A stretch of DNA of 64,000 nt from Gnetum montanum (Eukaryota > Plantae > Gnetophyta): NCBI GenBank assembly GCA_015680685.1, contig MNCI01002109.1:462784-526783 (forward strand), read 5' to 3'. The translations under genes were made by a program, and so were the position numbers. Positions 15,225 through 28,700 of this stretch are shown in pieces. The notes under the pieces are model-generated. The model made no database searches and was not told the DNA's origin. It saw only the letters and a list, made by a program, of their open reading frames with translations. How positions within the stretch are numbered: the first letter of the stretch is position 1; every line of letters starts with the position of its first letter.

Positions 15225-18030
15225 ATGGCCCCGAAACGTGGACAACAAGAAGGTCCTACCCAAGGTGGAAGCAAACTACCTAGGAGAGGTGGAAGACAAG
15301 ACCTTATTGGACAACATACAGAATAGGAGGAACAATCGTTCAGCATTTATGAAGAGAATCCTCCTACCATACAGTCTGGGCAGGCAGAAGGAGGAACTGC
15401 TGCAGCGCTTGAACAGGGACAACATTTCACGTTGCCCCAAGATTGTATTCAGGCCATCCATGAAAAGTCCACATTCGCTATGGAGATTGTAGAATTGAAC
15501 TTTGAATATTTTGCAGAGTTCGCTCCTAAGGCTATTAGGGACCACCTCAAAGGATCTCCCTTATGGCCTGTCCTCTCTGAAAGCGATGCTTGGTACCTAG
15601 GGGAGATGTACCAATTCTGGCACAATAGGGAACAAGGCACCACCGTCAATATTTGTGGTGTGATAGTCTATTTCTCCACACAAGCCATTTCAGAAGTATT
15701 AAACCTTCAGAATACAAGGCCCAAAGTTGCTCAGTTATCCACCTGTTCTGACCCTGATGTGTGACGGGATTGGTTGGAAAAGGCTTATGGTAGAGATAAA
15801 ACATTTGGTGAGTTGACAACGGAAGAGAGGATCTACTTCAAAATTGGAACATATCATCTCTTTCCCACAAAGGGCTTAAAAAGAATATGCACATATGCAG
15901 CTAGAGGATGTGCAGTGCTGATGGGAAAGGTTAATGCTAACCTACCCCATCTATACTTAATGGCAATTTTGAGGTGTTTCGAGGAACGGAAGACAGGGAA
16001 GATGGCATTGCCTTTTCCTTACCTTATTAGGAAGCATTGCTGATGTGCTGGTATATGGTGGTATACTGATGAGGTCCTTTGAAAAGCCCAAAATGCTTCA
16101 TATGCTGAACTATTAAAGCCACCAGCTACAAGGAAAATCACTAGTGAGACATTCGGTCTGGCAGAAGAAGAAGAATAGATAGCTGGACCAACTACAACTC
16201 AACTTATAGGACTCAACCAACCTCTAAGTACTGGACCCAGTCAACAATAGGAAGAAAGGCCTAACATAGGCTAGGATCAGCCACCGCTGCAAGACTACGG
16301 ACCGTTGATGAGCCACCTCAAGGCCATCATTGAGATGATCAATTGGGGAACTCGTAATGACACAAACCTCTTCCGTGTTATCAATGATGCCATTCAACCC
16401 ACTGTTTCTATGGATCGCATAAGGGAAGAAGTATAGATCCATACAGGATGAGGGAAAAGTGTTTGGTCACAACAGATCTTAGGAAATGTGGCATCCTTCC
16501 AAGTCCAATTAGAAACTGGTGAAGGGGCCATTATGGTGGTCATGCAACACCAGAATGCTGCGGGAGCTGTAGAAGTGGTCGCAGATCACATCAAAGAGTC
16601 CTTTAATGTATCTATTGTACCCCTAACAAATCTCATAGGAGCATGAGATGCTCAAACTTTAGCCGGAACCTCGATGACTCATGCGAAACATGAGGATGTG
16701 CTTGATCGATTGCTACAAACAGGACAAGTAATGAAATCCTTGTTTGACATCCCTCAGGATGTTATGATAATTCAATTAGACCTCATTTCCATGAAGGGGA
16801 AGCTGGTCTTAACCGAAGTGAGGGCTGAGCATGGGGAAGCAGAAGTGTAGAGATTACAAGAGTAGCTCATAACCCTACAAGTAGCGTAGCGGGACCCTTT
16901 GCAATTTGTTCCTACAGACTAGTTAGATAATTTTAGAACTAAGCAACTAACCAAGCTAATCATGGAGAATAAAAAAGTGGCTAAGGAGAAAGAGAAGGCT
17001 GTTTGGGATGCCTTGGCAGCACAAGCACAAACTCATGCACATTTTAAGACACTTAACACCTTACAGGAGGAGAATAAACAGCTTGTTGCCAACAACTTTC
17101 GGTTGACCTCTATGGAGAAGCAAAAGAATGTTCTTAATGAACACTTTCATTAGTTATGAGAACAATTTATCTGGGTCAACCAAGACATAAGTCATTTAGC
17201 CAAGGAGAACAAAACCCTCTCAATGGAGGAGGTACGCGCAATTCGCCAAAAGACAATTATTGAAATAAGCGCATGGCAAAATGAGGCTAAAAAACATGAA
17301 AAGTTGAAGGAGCACTTCTGGGATCAGGTGGGGATGTACAAATAGATCCTTGAAAAAGAGATCCATATGGCCAAGGCCCACATCAATGCTATCAATGCTC
17401 AACACACTGACTGGTGGGCCATATTGGACACATATCCCTTTTCCCACTAAGCAGAAGTTAAGAGCCAGGACTTGTAGATCTAAGATTTGATAGAATACAT
17501 GGAGTTGGCAAACTTGTGATATGCCAACCTTGCCATGTTAACAGTAGGGTGCCCAAGGATAGAGCTCGAGCAGCAGGTAGCCACCACCCACATCAAATAT
17601 GAAACAGAATTTTTGGAATGTAAGAAGTTATTGGAGAAACTGGAGATCACAGATTCTAAACTTGAGGTGGTGAAGGCAAGATACCAAGGATAGAAAGGTG
17701 TCATAGTAGATTTGGCTCGATGGCTTACAGATCTTCAAGAATACAAAGATAAAGCCAGAGCCTACGAAGAGGAACGACAGGTGTTTGCGGCTTAATATGT
17801 TAAAGCCAATCAAATGTTTCCGCAACTACCTTGTCTATGGGAAGTGCTGACTCCATCAAACATCAGAACATTAGCATGGATGGCACAGGACCCTTAGACT
17901 AAAGAGGAGAAGCTCTAGGCCATACTTTAACGCCATCAAGTCTCAAAGCCTACAAAACAAGACAAAGGGAAAGTGCCAATGGAGGAGCCACCGCCACCTA
18001 GAACTACATGAGTTCCACAAATTTTTTAGT
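15225..18030 (+). pseudogene. decayed Athila-like ORF2 (env-like position; PMD/Transposase_32-like domain plus long coiled coil)
   Basis: ATG 15225 is in frame with ORFs 15432-15764 and 15774-16043 (V.FS..AISEVLNL ... NLPHLYL..I ... ALPFPYLI). Heptad-rich ORF at 16962-17153. Confidence 0.75.
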
Positions 18031-18176
18031 TGTAGAACATTCTTTGTGTTGTGTCTTTGTTTTGTTTTCATTCCACACTGCAGCATAGTCCCATTCTCAT
18101 CAGCTAATAATCCCATACCTATCCACTGTGTAATCACTGTAACTCGAGGACAAGTTTTCATTTAGTCGTGGGGGTA

Positions 18177-19003
18177 TGATGAGTCGTCATTTGGGGCAAC
18201 TACAATATCATGTACGCAATATCGCATATACGATACCGCATATGAGATATCACAACTTGTCTTCTCATCTATAAATAAGAGGTAGATAGAAGAGTTAGAT
18301 ATCATAGATCATTAGTTTTAGTTTAAGTTTGATTTAAGTTTTCATTTTCTTTCTCTCCCTTTTCCTCTTCGTGTATGCCCGTAGTGTGGTGATTGTAATT
18401 ATACAACATCCTTTATTTGAGTGTGACGTACTTGGACACACACATGATCGAAAATAAAGATCAAGATTACTCATCATTGCAGCATTCACTTGGCTTAATT
18501 ATTTAATTAATTGTTATTTACTGCTTTCCTAGTTAATCTCTCTCACCCTTAAACTCACGTTAAAACACGGAATGAGTATGACTTGATTACGAGTATTTAA
18601 GTGTGACTACTTGATAACCTAGTAGTGTACCTAGGATTTGTGCTTGGTGATCCTAGTGGTAGTCATGCACAAAGTCCATGGTGTGTACGGATAATTAAGG
18701 AATGAATGCTCATCGCACCTAGCCTAGCTAGATTCGTTCTCAGCCTTCTCTCTTAGTTTAGATAATATTACTTTCCATTTGCCTTAAGGAGTAGCATTAT
18801 ATTAGAAACCACATCATACACCTCACTCTGGACTAAACCATACGTGACAAAGATAATACTAGTCTAGGTGGGAAGACAGTGAACTACGACCTAAGGCTAA
18901 CTGTCTAGATGCCACAACTAGTTCGTCTGCGGAGTTCGACTAGATCGCGCATGTAACACTCGTATTCGTATGGTTGAGTGTAGGGGTACCTCGCCACTCA
19001 TCA
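18177..19003 (+). repeat. 3' LTR
   Basis: Preceded by PPT TTAGTCGTGGGGG and followed by the TSD CTATG. Confidence 0.95.
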
Positions 19004-21783
19004 CTATGTATAGCCAATATATATTAAACCCAAAACTTCTAAAGAATTTAAGTAAAACAAAAGTCAAAATTGAACCTATGACTTATAAATCACAAACCAC
19101 TTACTCTAACCAATAGAATAATGCTTCACCAACCATTGGCAACACTTTGATAAGGCTTGCTATAGTGCTTGAATTAACTTTGTCATATTATATTTTCAAC
19201 TATAACACAATTTTTATTGAGATGTTTATGTACGTCAAGTTTCATGAATTTTATTAAGTTGTGGACAAACGTAACCATCCACCACCTCTTGTCTTTTTAT
19301 ACTAGATATTAAATGTTACTTGGACATTATTGATTGTGCTATTACATATAATGATTATAATTTTTTTGTTTACTAAAAAGATGGGTTTGAGATGATGGTG
19401 AATTAGTGAAAGCGTAGCTCTTTCAAGTGGTTCTACCTAAACTTAAACCCATGTCTTACAACTTGAGAAATAAGCACCTTATTATTACTCTTAAATGAAG
19501 GTCCCCAAATCTATTTAAACTTATCCAAGGTGATTTTATACAGCTTCTATTTATGACCATTGGTGCTTTTCACTTGATTTTTCCCTTGCTATGCCACTGA
19601 GCACTCTTGCGCTTCATGACCCATGGTGACACCACTGTTGGCAGCTCTACCAAATCCCATGACTAGTGGTGAGTAGTTGCAGCTTTGTTTCTCACTTGTA
19701 AATCCCAATAGCGATTTTCTATGACTTTGCTCTAGTTTTTGGTCAGAAGGAATCCTCTTCCTATTATGTTGCTCGGGGTCTTTGTGCTTCTTCCTTGTCT
19801 CGTTGTTGGTGCTGGCCACTTTGCCTCTCTTTGCATTTGGTGATTTGTAGTGATTACTTTCCATGGTTTTCTTTGCTGCAGTTTTTGCCTAGCTATTTTT
19901 CCTTGTAGCTAGGTAGATTTGGTTTGCTATTGTGCTGTGGTGGTGTGGGTCTTCCTTAATTTGCATTGGCTATGTGGCATATCTCTACTACTGAGTGTTT
20001 TCTCAATGGCTAGGGGTTTCCTCTGTGGTTGCTATTGGTGTGGTCGCTACTATGCTTGCCTCGTGGGTTGGTGCAGTGGGTAAAGGTGTTGTTCTACACC
20101 ACTATTGTGTTGTTTGGTGTTGTGGTGGGGCTGTGTTCTAGTGTTGCATATTGTTCTTTGCTATGGGGGTGTAGTGGTGGTGTTCACTTGCTTTATGGCA
20201 ATGGGTGGTTTTGCTGGTGTTGTAGGATTAGTCTCACATATGTTTTGCAATGGAAAATTTATTTGGTTGTACTCCCTATTAAGGAAGTTCCTTCAGCTTG
20301 CCTAAAATTAACTTGCTTCTTCTAGATGATATTTTTGATGTGGTTTCCAAATATTTTGCAACACTTTTTATTTTCTTCCAATAGTGGGATTTCTATAGAG
20401 GTCTCTAAGTATCAACCTGCAAATCCAAAACCTCCTTCAACCCAAGGGCATTCAAGTTTCTCATGCCCATTACTACATCAGAAACTTTATTTTGGTGGAA
20501 CTATTTGAGGCCTCTCAGGTCAAGAAGGCTATCTCTCTAAAAATTTTTCCAACATGGAATGCAACTGTTATTGCGTGCACTTGGAGATTTGACTTTAATG
20601 TTAATGAGTTGGCCTTTCATACAATTTTTTGTTATGTGGAATTGCCAAATCTTCCAATCATTTTTTCATCCGCAGAGAGGGACATTGTGACCGACCTTAG
20701 TCCTATTATTTCTAACCATAGCACTATGATCAATGGAACTCAAATTCACCATTATTATATTGAACTCTATATAGCTCTTAGGAAGACTTCATTAACCCTC
20801 ACAGTTGGTGGAAAACTCTTCACCCAAAAAATTAATTATTTTTATCTTCCAAACTTGTGTAGCTACTATCATAGGACCGAGCATCATATCTCGGTGTGTT
20901 CCTTCTTAGCTAAGAAGAAATAATTTGTAGCATCCCAAAAAACCTATTCCCTAGACACACCATCTTGCCCAACCTCAAAATTCATTAGGTTTAGATCTTC
21001 TTCCCAAATAGCTCCAAAGTTCTACCCTTTGTTTAGCCCCTCCAAGATACAAATGCCACAGTTAGGTATACATACCTCAGCATATGTCATCCCCTCAAAG
21101 TCATTCAAGGACTCCGTCTTGGATGAGGAGTTTGTGATAGTCAGTGGAAGGAAATGAGTTAAAGCTTTCTTCCTTACAACTCCACCCTCCACTTTCTCTC
21201 CATTGAATACTTTTGTGACCCTTGTCTTTACCAACAACTCCTTTGCCCTCCTTTCACAAATAATGGAAGTTGATACTTTGACTTCTGAACCTTCTGTTGA
21301 CCTGTTATCCGACATGCCATCTACTTCCCCATGAACTTGCTATCATGGAATGTCTGAGGCCTTAATGATAAGCTTCAACGAAAACATTTAAAAAACTTTC
21401 TTTCTAGTTTTAATATTGCTTTTTATTTGTTCTCCTTCAAGAAATTAAGATTTCAAATGACCATTTATCTCTCTCATCCCATTGGTTTCTTCCTCATTCA
21501 TCACTTCTTGCAATATCCCACATGAGTGGGAAAGGGGTAGCTACCATTATCTGCTCAACTTATTGGAAAGATAAAATCATTCAAAGTGGTTCCAATTCTG
21601 GTCATAGAGTTTCTTGGGCTACCTTCTCCTCCTTGCATGACCCTTTTGATATCGACTTGATTTATGCCCCTAATGATTCTACAAAACATGCTTACCTTTG
21701 GCAAGAACTAGCTAATTCTCTTTCTTCAATGCCTTGGATATTTGGAGGAGATTTTAATATGATTGAATTCCCTCACAATAAGC

Positions 21784-21785
<2 letters not shown>

Positions 21786-21818
<33 letters not shown>
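21786..21818. repeat. poly-G run (~33 nt)
   Basis: Direct read; lies in the KLGG motif of the LINE endonuclease. Confidence 0.9.
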
Positions 21819-21820
<2 letters not shown>

Positions 21821-22753
21821 GTGTTTTTTCAACTATCAAATTTTGAGCATCAGACCTAGTCCACCTTTATGAAAACTTTCTACCTTTCTAATGGGATGGG
21901 TGCCTCTACTAGGGATCCCCTCCACAAATTTACTTGGAGCAATCTTTGTCTTGGGTAGGCTCACATCTACAATAGGTTAGACAAATTCTATTTTTCCATC
22001 CTTTCCTTCTGGAAAACCTTCTCCACTACTATAGTTTATCAACACGCCACCTTATTAGACCATCTTTACATCTCTATATCTATCCAGATTCAAGGCAGCA
22101 ATCATAGACATAAATTGCATCTTTTTCAGCTACATAAAAACTACTTCTCTTTCCCTTTCACTCAACTTCTTCTCTCTAACCTTTGGAATGCTAAACCTAG
22201 GCCCTTAAATTAGGTGGGTTAAATTCAATGGTGGCATCATGCTTCTTGTAAAGTGCAAAAATTTGCTCGTTTGTATGGTAAGGTATTGGCTTCTTAGGCC
22301 AAACAAGAATACAACAACATTCACCTTACTATTGAACTTCTAACTAATAAATTAGCTCAAGATCCTTTCAACACTTTAGTTCATGAGAAGTTAGCTAGAG
22401 CCTAGTTAGCCTTCCAACAATGGGAAGTGTATATAGCTTAAAGTGCCTTAATTAAAAGTAGACTCACTTGGTTAAATATTCAAGATGAACATTGTAAGGA
22501 ATTTTTCAAGTATCTAAATAGCTCTTCTTCTTTGTGTTCTTTAGACAAAATCTCTAGTGATGGCACCACCATCACTGACCACAATAGTATCCTCTCATTT
22601 CTTAAGAACCATTATGAAACCCTTTTTGCAGCTACCCCTATGGACATCTCATTATTTGAGGCTGCTACCCTCAATTACCCCAGCCTTATCAATTCTACTA
22701 TGTTGCAAAGTCTCGAAGTTGATATCACTAAGGAGGAGCATTAGGTAGCTTGN

Positions 22754-23009
22754 TGGAAACCATCATAACCGAGAGCCTTTCCATGACTCAACTTAGAACA
22801 AGCTACCTAATGCTCCTCCTTAGTGATATCAACTTCGAGACTTTGCAACATAGTAGAATTGATAAGGCTGGGGTAATTGAGGGTAGCAGCCTCAAATAAT
22901 GAGATGTCCATAGGGGTAGCTGCAAAAAGGGTTTCATAATGGTTCTTAAGAAATGAGAGGATACTATTGTGGTCAGTGATGGTGGTGCCATCACTAGAGA
23001 TTTTGTCTA
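22754..23009 (-). other. mis-oriented assembly fragment producing a perfect inverted repeat of 22541-22752
   Basis: Bounded by single Ns at 22753 and 23010. Its reverse complement duplicates the upstream LINE sequence and continues it into KALGYDGF. Confidence 0.85.
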
Positions 23010-24737
23010 NCACAACATAAAGTGAGACTTTATTCTGTAGACCATGACTAAACTTGGTTTTGGCCCTAAGTTCCTACATATGATGAAATGCTTATTCTTA
23101 GATGCTACTGCAAGATGAGCCACTACCTTCAGCATCACCTCTTCCTTTCCTATCCATAGGTTAGTGCATCAAGGATGTCCTCTTGCCCCTTACCTATTCA
23201 TCATCGTAGCTAACATTCTTTGTCATAAAATAAACCATGATATTCAAAATAAAGTTCTCATTGAGGTTTGCCTCTCTTCATCTCAACAACAGCTTCTTAA
23301 CATGCATGTCGTCAATGACTTCTTTTTTCTTGTTCAAAACACTACTACTAATTTACACCAGCTCTTATCTAGGGTAGAGCAATATTGCTCACTCTTAGGC
23401 TCCACTATTAATTGGAACAAATCCTCTGTTCATAGCTTTATGAATAATTATAGTCATGTGACCAACTATAATTGGAAGCTGCTTCAAGATCAAGACATCA
23501 TTAAGGTTTTGGGAATTCCCTTTCATTTTAGAGGTTCAACCTCTATTCTTTGGGAGTAGGCTATTTATTGGATTTAAAAGAAACTTAAAAAATGGAAGAC
23601 TAAACCCCTCACTCTAGGGGGTAAGTACCTTGTATGTAAGTCCATATGTGCATCTATCCATATGTATTACTCTTCGTGTTGGGTCCCCTACCAAGTTGCT
23701 TACCAAAAGCTTGAATGATTATTTTGTGACTTCATGTGGTCCTCTAAAGATTCTTAGAAAGGCTTCCATTGTGTTACTTGGAATATTGTTACTCTCCCTA
23801 AGAATAAAAGCGGCTTAGGTCTTTTAAACTCTTTTAAGCAAATAATTACCTTAGTTGCTAAGTGTTTGGTCTAGCATCTAGATGCCTTGGATATTATTGG
23901 GACTCTCCTCCAATTAAGACTTCATCAATCATTTTCCAAAAATAAGCCCTTTTGGAAAGGTATCCATTTTTTAAACTATATCCTTTTCCCCCACACTATC
24001 ATTATTCCTAGACCTCATGTTTTTAAAAGCATTTGGAGGGCTTGGCAAACTTTACATGATTATATTGATTGGACTAATGTCAAGATCAACCCTACTCTCC
24101 TCTCTAGGTTGTGTCCCTAGTGGTTACCTTTGTCACCTACTCCCCTTGCCATTACAAATGCTAGGGTTGCTACCTCTTAGTATTGGAAGGATGTTATTTC
24201 TTTAGATTATCTTCGATTGATTAGTCAATGGATTTTGGGGGTTGAGATTAATAATTTGTATGGGGATTCCAAAGTAATGCACCATTGCCTAGCTTGAGTT
24301 TACACCTTTTGCATTGCCATATGTAGCTAGATGTTTCAGTGCAAAGCACTTTTCCTAGCCTTCAATGGATTAATGGGTCAAAACTTCTACCTTATAGGTC
24401 ATATGTTCCCTTTCACCTTTTGCATAACTCTTCCAATATCCTTCAATGATGTAACAAGTCTTAGCACAAACAAGAGTCAGAACAATTCTGGATCTCCCCC
24501 TTCCAATGTATTTGGAAACTACTAATCCTTCCTAAAATTAAGCAATTCCTTTGGTGTCTCCTCCACCAAGGTCTACCTATTGGCAAATGTCTCGAACATA
24601 TCAAGATTCATAGTCCTAATTGCCCTCTTTGTGGTGGAAAAGAGGATTTTGTTCATGTGTTTTGACATTGTCCCCTTCGCACAACACCTATGGACATGTG
24701 CTTCCAAAGTAATTCCATCATGCAAGCTATCTCAAGA

Positions 24738-25607
24738 TGATGTTTAATAAATCATGTTTTTCAAACACTCCAATAGCAGGGTGGCTATGATATCAGGTAC
24801 ACGATATCAAGTATGTGATATTGTGGCCCAAGATGCGATATCATACATTTGATATCGCAAGGTTACTCCCAGGTCTATAAATACAATGCCTAGGCACATA
24901 ATTGGGGAGAAGTTTTTTGGTAGTCAAGTAGCGAAACTCTTGTAATTTGTCCATTTGAAAGTTAGAATATTTTCCAAGTGCCCACAGTAGAAGGTCTAAG
25001 TGTGAATGGATCTTTATTCAAGCATTGATGTACCTGAGCACACCATTGTGTTGGCAATAAAGATGAACTCTTTGATTCATTCCTTGCAGCACTTGAGACT
25101 TTCTTTCTTATGCATTTATATTTTATAAAATTTACGTAAATATTATTTATTCAATAATTAATTTTGATTAATCAAGCAACTTATGAAGATACCTAAGCAT
25201 GACCCCTTTGAACATACATGTGACACTTGGTAGCTCAAAAATGATTAGCGTTTTACAACCCGATAGTGTTCACAAAGTTTAGGATGTGTCGAGGAAGTGG
25301 GAATAGTTACTTGGGTTAGGCTAGATTAGACCATAGTTTACTTAGCATTTAATCACCCTTACTTTCATTCTTGTCCTAGGCAAATAATTTGATAAAAATA
25401 CAAAATAATAAAAATCTTACGCCCTAGTCACACTTAACCATACAATTGTACTCCACAAGTAGGACTGGGAAGATAATGAATAGACAACACGCACGCACTA
25501 TTTAGCTCTAGCATACTTAGTAATTATAGTCTACGGAATTTAATCAGATCGCACATGAACACCTGCGATTCATATGGTTGGGTGTAGGAATACCTTGCTG
25601 CTCATCA
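24738..25607 (+). repeat. 5' LTR of element 3
   Basis: GATATC motif cluster, TATAAATA ~24876, 3' end homologous to the other LTRs. The 5' TG position is inferred. Confidence 0.75.
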
Positions 25608-25771
25608 TTGGCACCATTGCCAAGGACTGTAGTTCTTCTATGCTATCTAAACCCAATAAAAACCTAGTAACCTTATTGTTCAAACCCTAAGAGTTAAATC
25701 CTATGAAAACAACAATTATTATCATTAAATTAAACATTAACTGCACATAGTTTACAAGTTTATTAATACAA

Positions 25772-28700
25772 AATGTCTTCTGCTCATAGGAGCCCATCTC
25801 CACCCATGGTAATTCATGTGCCTTAACAGTACCAGGTGGTAGATGCTCATCTCGATGAGTATGTACTAGACTTTACCTTCATCTTACATCAAGATGAATT
25901 AATGCTATGGTGTGATATGGAAGGCAACATTGTGTTGCTACCTGACTGATCTATTCCAGCAATGCTTTAGCTAATGATCATGTAACATAGGCTTCAACAT
26001 CTCCATGAAGAATATGAGATGCAAGATCTCGACCCAAGGGATTATCATCCCACTGAAGTGCAAAGATTAAGGGATCATCAGCTAGAGCACCAACACGAAC
26101 TTGTGAAGGGTAAGGGGTCAAATATTTTTCCACCTCCGCTTGGCCCAATTGATCAAGGTGATCACTTCTTTAGTGATTCTCCTCTCTTTAACTTTGTTCA
26201 AGGAGCCCTCAACCAGAATGTACAATCCACAAAATCCATAATCCAGGTTTTGGTCAAAACGGATCTAAGACAAAAATGGATCTAGAGAAGCAAGTCAGGA
26301 AAGGGGGGATAAAGGAGATCATGATCATGATCATGGTTGCGAGCATCAAAGGAAGGATGATAGGTGTTAGTGTAGAGCAAGTTTCCCTTCTTCTTCCCCT
26401 TCATTTTCGTCGTCTTCTTTTTCATCTGGTTCAGATTGTGGCCATAGAAGAAATAACTATGATGGAGGTGACCAATAGGACTAGAACAACAGAAGAGACT
26501 ATCAAGATAGTCATGATTGAAGACGTGGGTAATCTAGAGAGGTCCATCATCAAGAAAGAAGGGCTAGTAGAGAACATCGTAGGCACCACCATCATGGCCT
26601 TGATGAACCTCTACTTGCTACTCGGGGCATGTTGAATATTGTAGAGGCTATGAGGATGCCAACAAGACATGTTAAGGATAGCAGAATAAAGAGGCTAGAT
26701 ATGAACAACATCCCTTGGTTCAAGGGAGGATATGATGCTAATTTGAAAAATCATCTCCAGACCTTCCAAGATGCATGTGCCTTGCAAAATATTGAAAATG
26801 ACTGGAAAAAGCTGAAATTATTTCCAAGGACACTCATAAAGGAAGTAGAAAATTAGTATCAATCCTTAAAACCAGAATCAATCAAGTGGTGGAGTACAAT
26901 GCTGGAATTATTCAATGACAAATATCAAATGTACTCCCAAGTATCTAATCTAAGAAAACAAATTCAAGGGTGGAAACAAGGAAATCATGAGTGCTTAGAT
27001 TCTGTTATTAGCTGATACTACTCTCTGTTGCATAGGTGTCCTAGCCATGGATACTCTCAAGTTGATCAACTTCATCATATCATAGATGGGTTGTAGTATG
27101 AAACCAGGAAAACCCTTGGCGTCTATGCCCAAGGAAGATTGACCGACTTAAGCGCTTGTCAGATTCAAACATTAATTGAGTAGGTAGCCAAGGAGGAGGA
27201 AGAACTAAGAAAACATGAAAGTGTAGAAGAATACAATAAGGACCCTTCTATTCAGAAAAAGGGGGTTTTATTTTGTGATAGTGAGGATGAATTTTCCAGA
27301 GATGAGGTGGTTAATCAGAAAACCTTGCCGCTCTAGAAATTGCAATTAGAAATCATGACTAGGGTTGATTAATTATGGGACTCCATGAATAATAGGTTTC
27401 AAGCTATTTTAAAAATTGCTGAATAATCTAAGGAGCAAAGTGGTGAGCGTGAGCGCTGGAGGCATAAGGAAGTTGAACGTGCCATATTTAAGGGTAAAGG
27501 TAAAATGGCTGCAGATAGCGATTTAGATGATGATGGTGGGTGTGATGTTTGCCAGTATGAACATGCTAAGGGATGTTGTCCAGTTGTGTCACATTTGCAA
27601 GAATCTGGGGTGTATGTCTTACATCCATGACTTGCACAAAGGGAAATGCCTAAAAGATTGTCTTATCCACAAGGAAGTCCTTGACAGTTCCACCAACTAT
27701 AGCAATATTATCCAAGTGGAGCTCCATCACAACCTTATGAATTATACCAACAGTGGTAGCAATCACAATTGTGGGCATTTTCACCTCCAAGGTAGTAGTA
27801 TCCTTACCAACAACTAGATCCCTATAGTTACTATGTTCAACAACTCTCATCTCCAAGGGACTCCTCTAGTCACATTGCTACTTACCAACCTCACCACTAC
27901 CCTCCTAAAGCATACCAATTTCCCTATCCAAGAAGGGATGCCACCTACTACCCTCATGCATCTCCTACCCCTACACCTACTCCTCCACATCCTACATAGC
28001 TACAACATGCTTTGTCCATGTAGGGTGAATTGCCTACACAACCACAACAAAGGAATGCTACGAGGGTAGCTAATCTGCAATTGGTTAACCCATTAAGTGG
28101 GTTAGAATCATGAATAAAGAAAAGACCCTTCTTCCAACCTCACAGTCCACCAAAGCCCTCGGATACATTGATGGTTGGTAACCATGCTCCTCCAACTTCC
28201 TTTGTTCCCTATTTATTCGAGTCCCCTTCAAACCAAAGTTCTTCTCAAATCCATACTATAATGCTAACACATGTTGTATCTGATTGGATTCAAGTTGGTA
28301 ACCTACCTAGAACGTTAGCTGATCCCAGGAGTCCCCTAGTTTACTTACAAATTACTGGGAATAAGCCTTGTAAAGATCTTCTTGACTCTGGTTTCAATGT
28401 TAATTTGATCTCGCATGAGATGTACATAATGTGGAACCTTTCTCCCTTGAAGAAGAGCAACATCTAGCTAGAACTAGTAGATTAGTCCATCACTATTCCA
28501 TTGGGGCTGGTTGAGGACATCATCACCACCATTTTTGGGTGGTCATATCCTGCTGATTTCCTAGTAATCAAAGTGGAGAATTACAAGGGGGACTTTCCAA
28601 TTATTATGGGAAGGGTATGGTTAAGTACTGTTAATGCCAAAATGAGCATTAGAGATCTTTCCTTGGAGATATCAAAAGAAAATGAATTTGGAAAGATTGA

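Larger units (their letters stand above)
10308..19003 (+). mobile_element. Full-length non-autonomous Athila-like LTR retrotransposon (gag + ORF2, no pol)
   Basis: Matching LTRs 10308-11120 and 18177-19003 with TGATGAG...CTCATCA termini. 5-bp TSD CTATG at 10303-10307 and 19004-19008. tRNA-Asp-like PBS. PPT at 18162-18174. Confidence 0.95.
20300..24737 (+). mobile_element. decayed L1-type LINE (ORF1 zinc knuckle; ORF2 endonuclease, RT, zf-RVT)
   Basis: ORF1 ends YLPNLCSYYHRTEHHISVC. ORF2 begins MNLLSWNV*GL at 21332 and includes IYAPN, GGDFNMIE, RLDKFY, HQGCPLAPYLF (23164) and FLWCLLHQGLP..CPLCG..HVF*HC (~24550-24670). 5' boundary is approximate. Confidence 0.85.

Noticed and set aside
19589-20325. 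Short hydrophobic ORFs upstream of the LINE
   Set aside because: Low-complexity GT-rich sequence with no motifs or convincing splice structure.
21786-21818. Poly-G as a glycine tract or functional G-quadruplex
   Set aside because: It lies in a dead LINE and shifts the frame; more likely slippage or a sequencing artefact.
22541-23010. Perfect ~210-bp inverted repeat suggesting a hairpin/siRNA locus
   Set aside because: The second arm is bounded by Ns, is identical to the first despite the LINE being old, and its extra part simply continues the LINE ORF in reverse; best explained as a mis-oriented contig.
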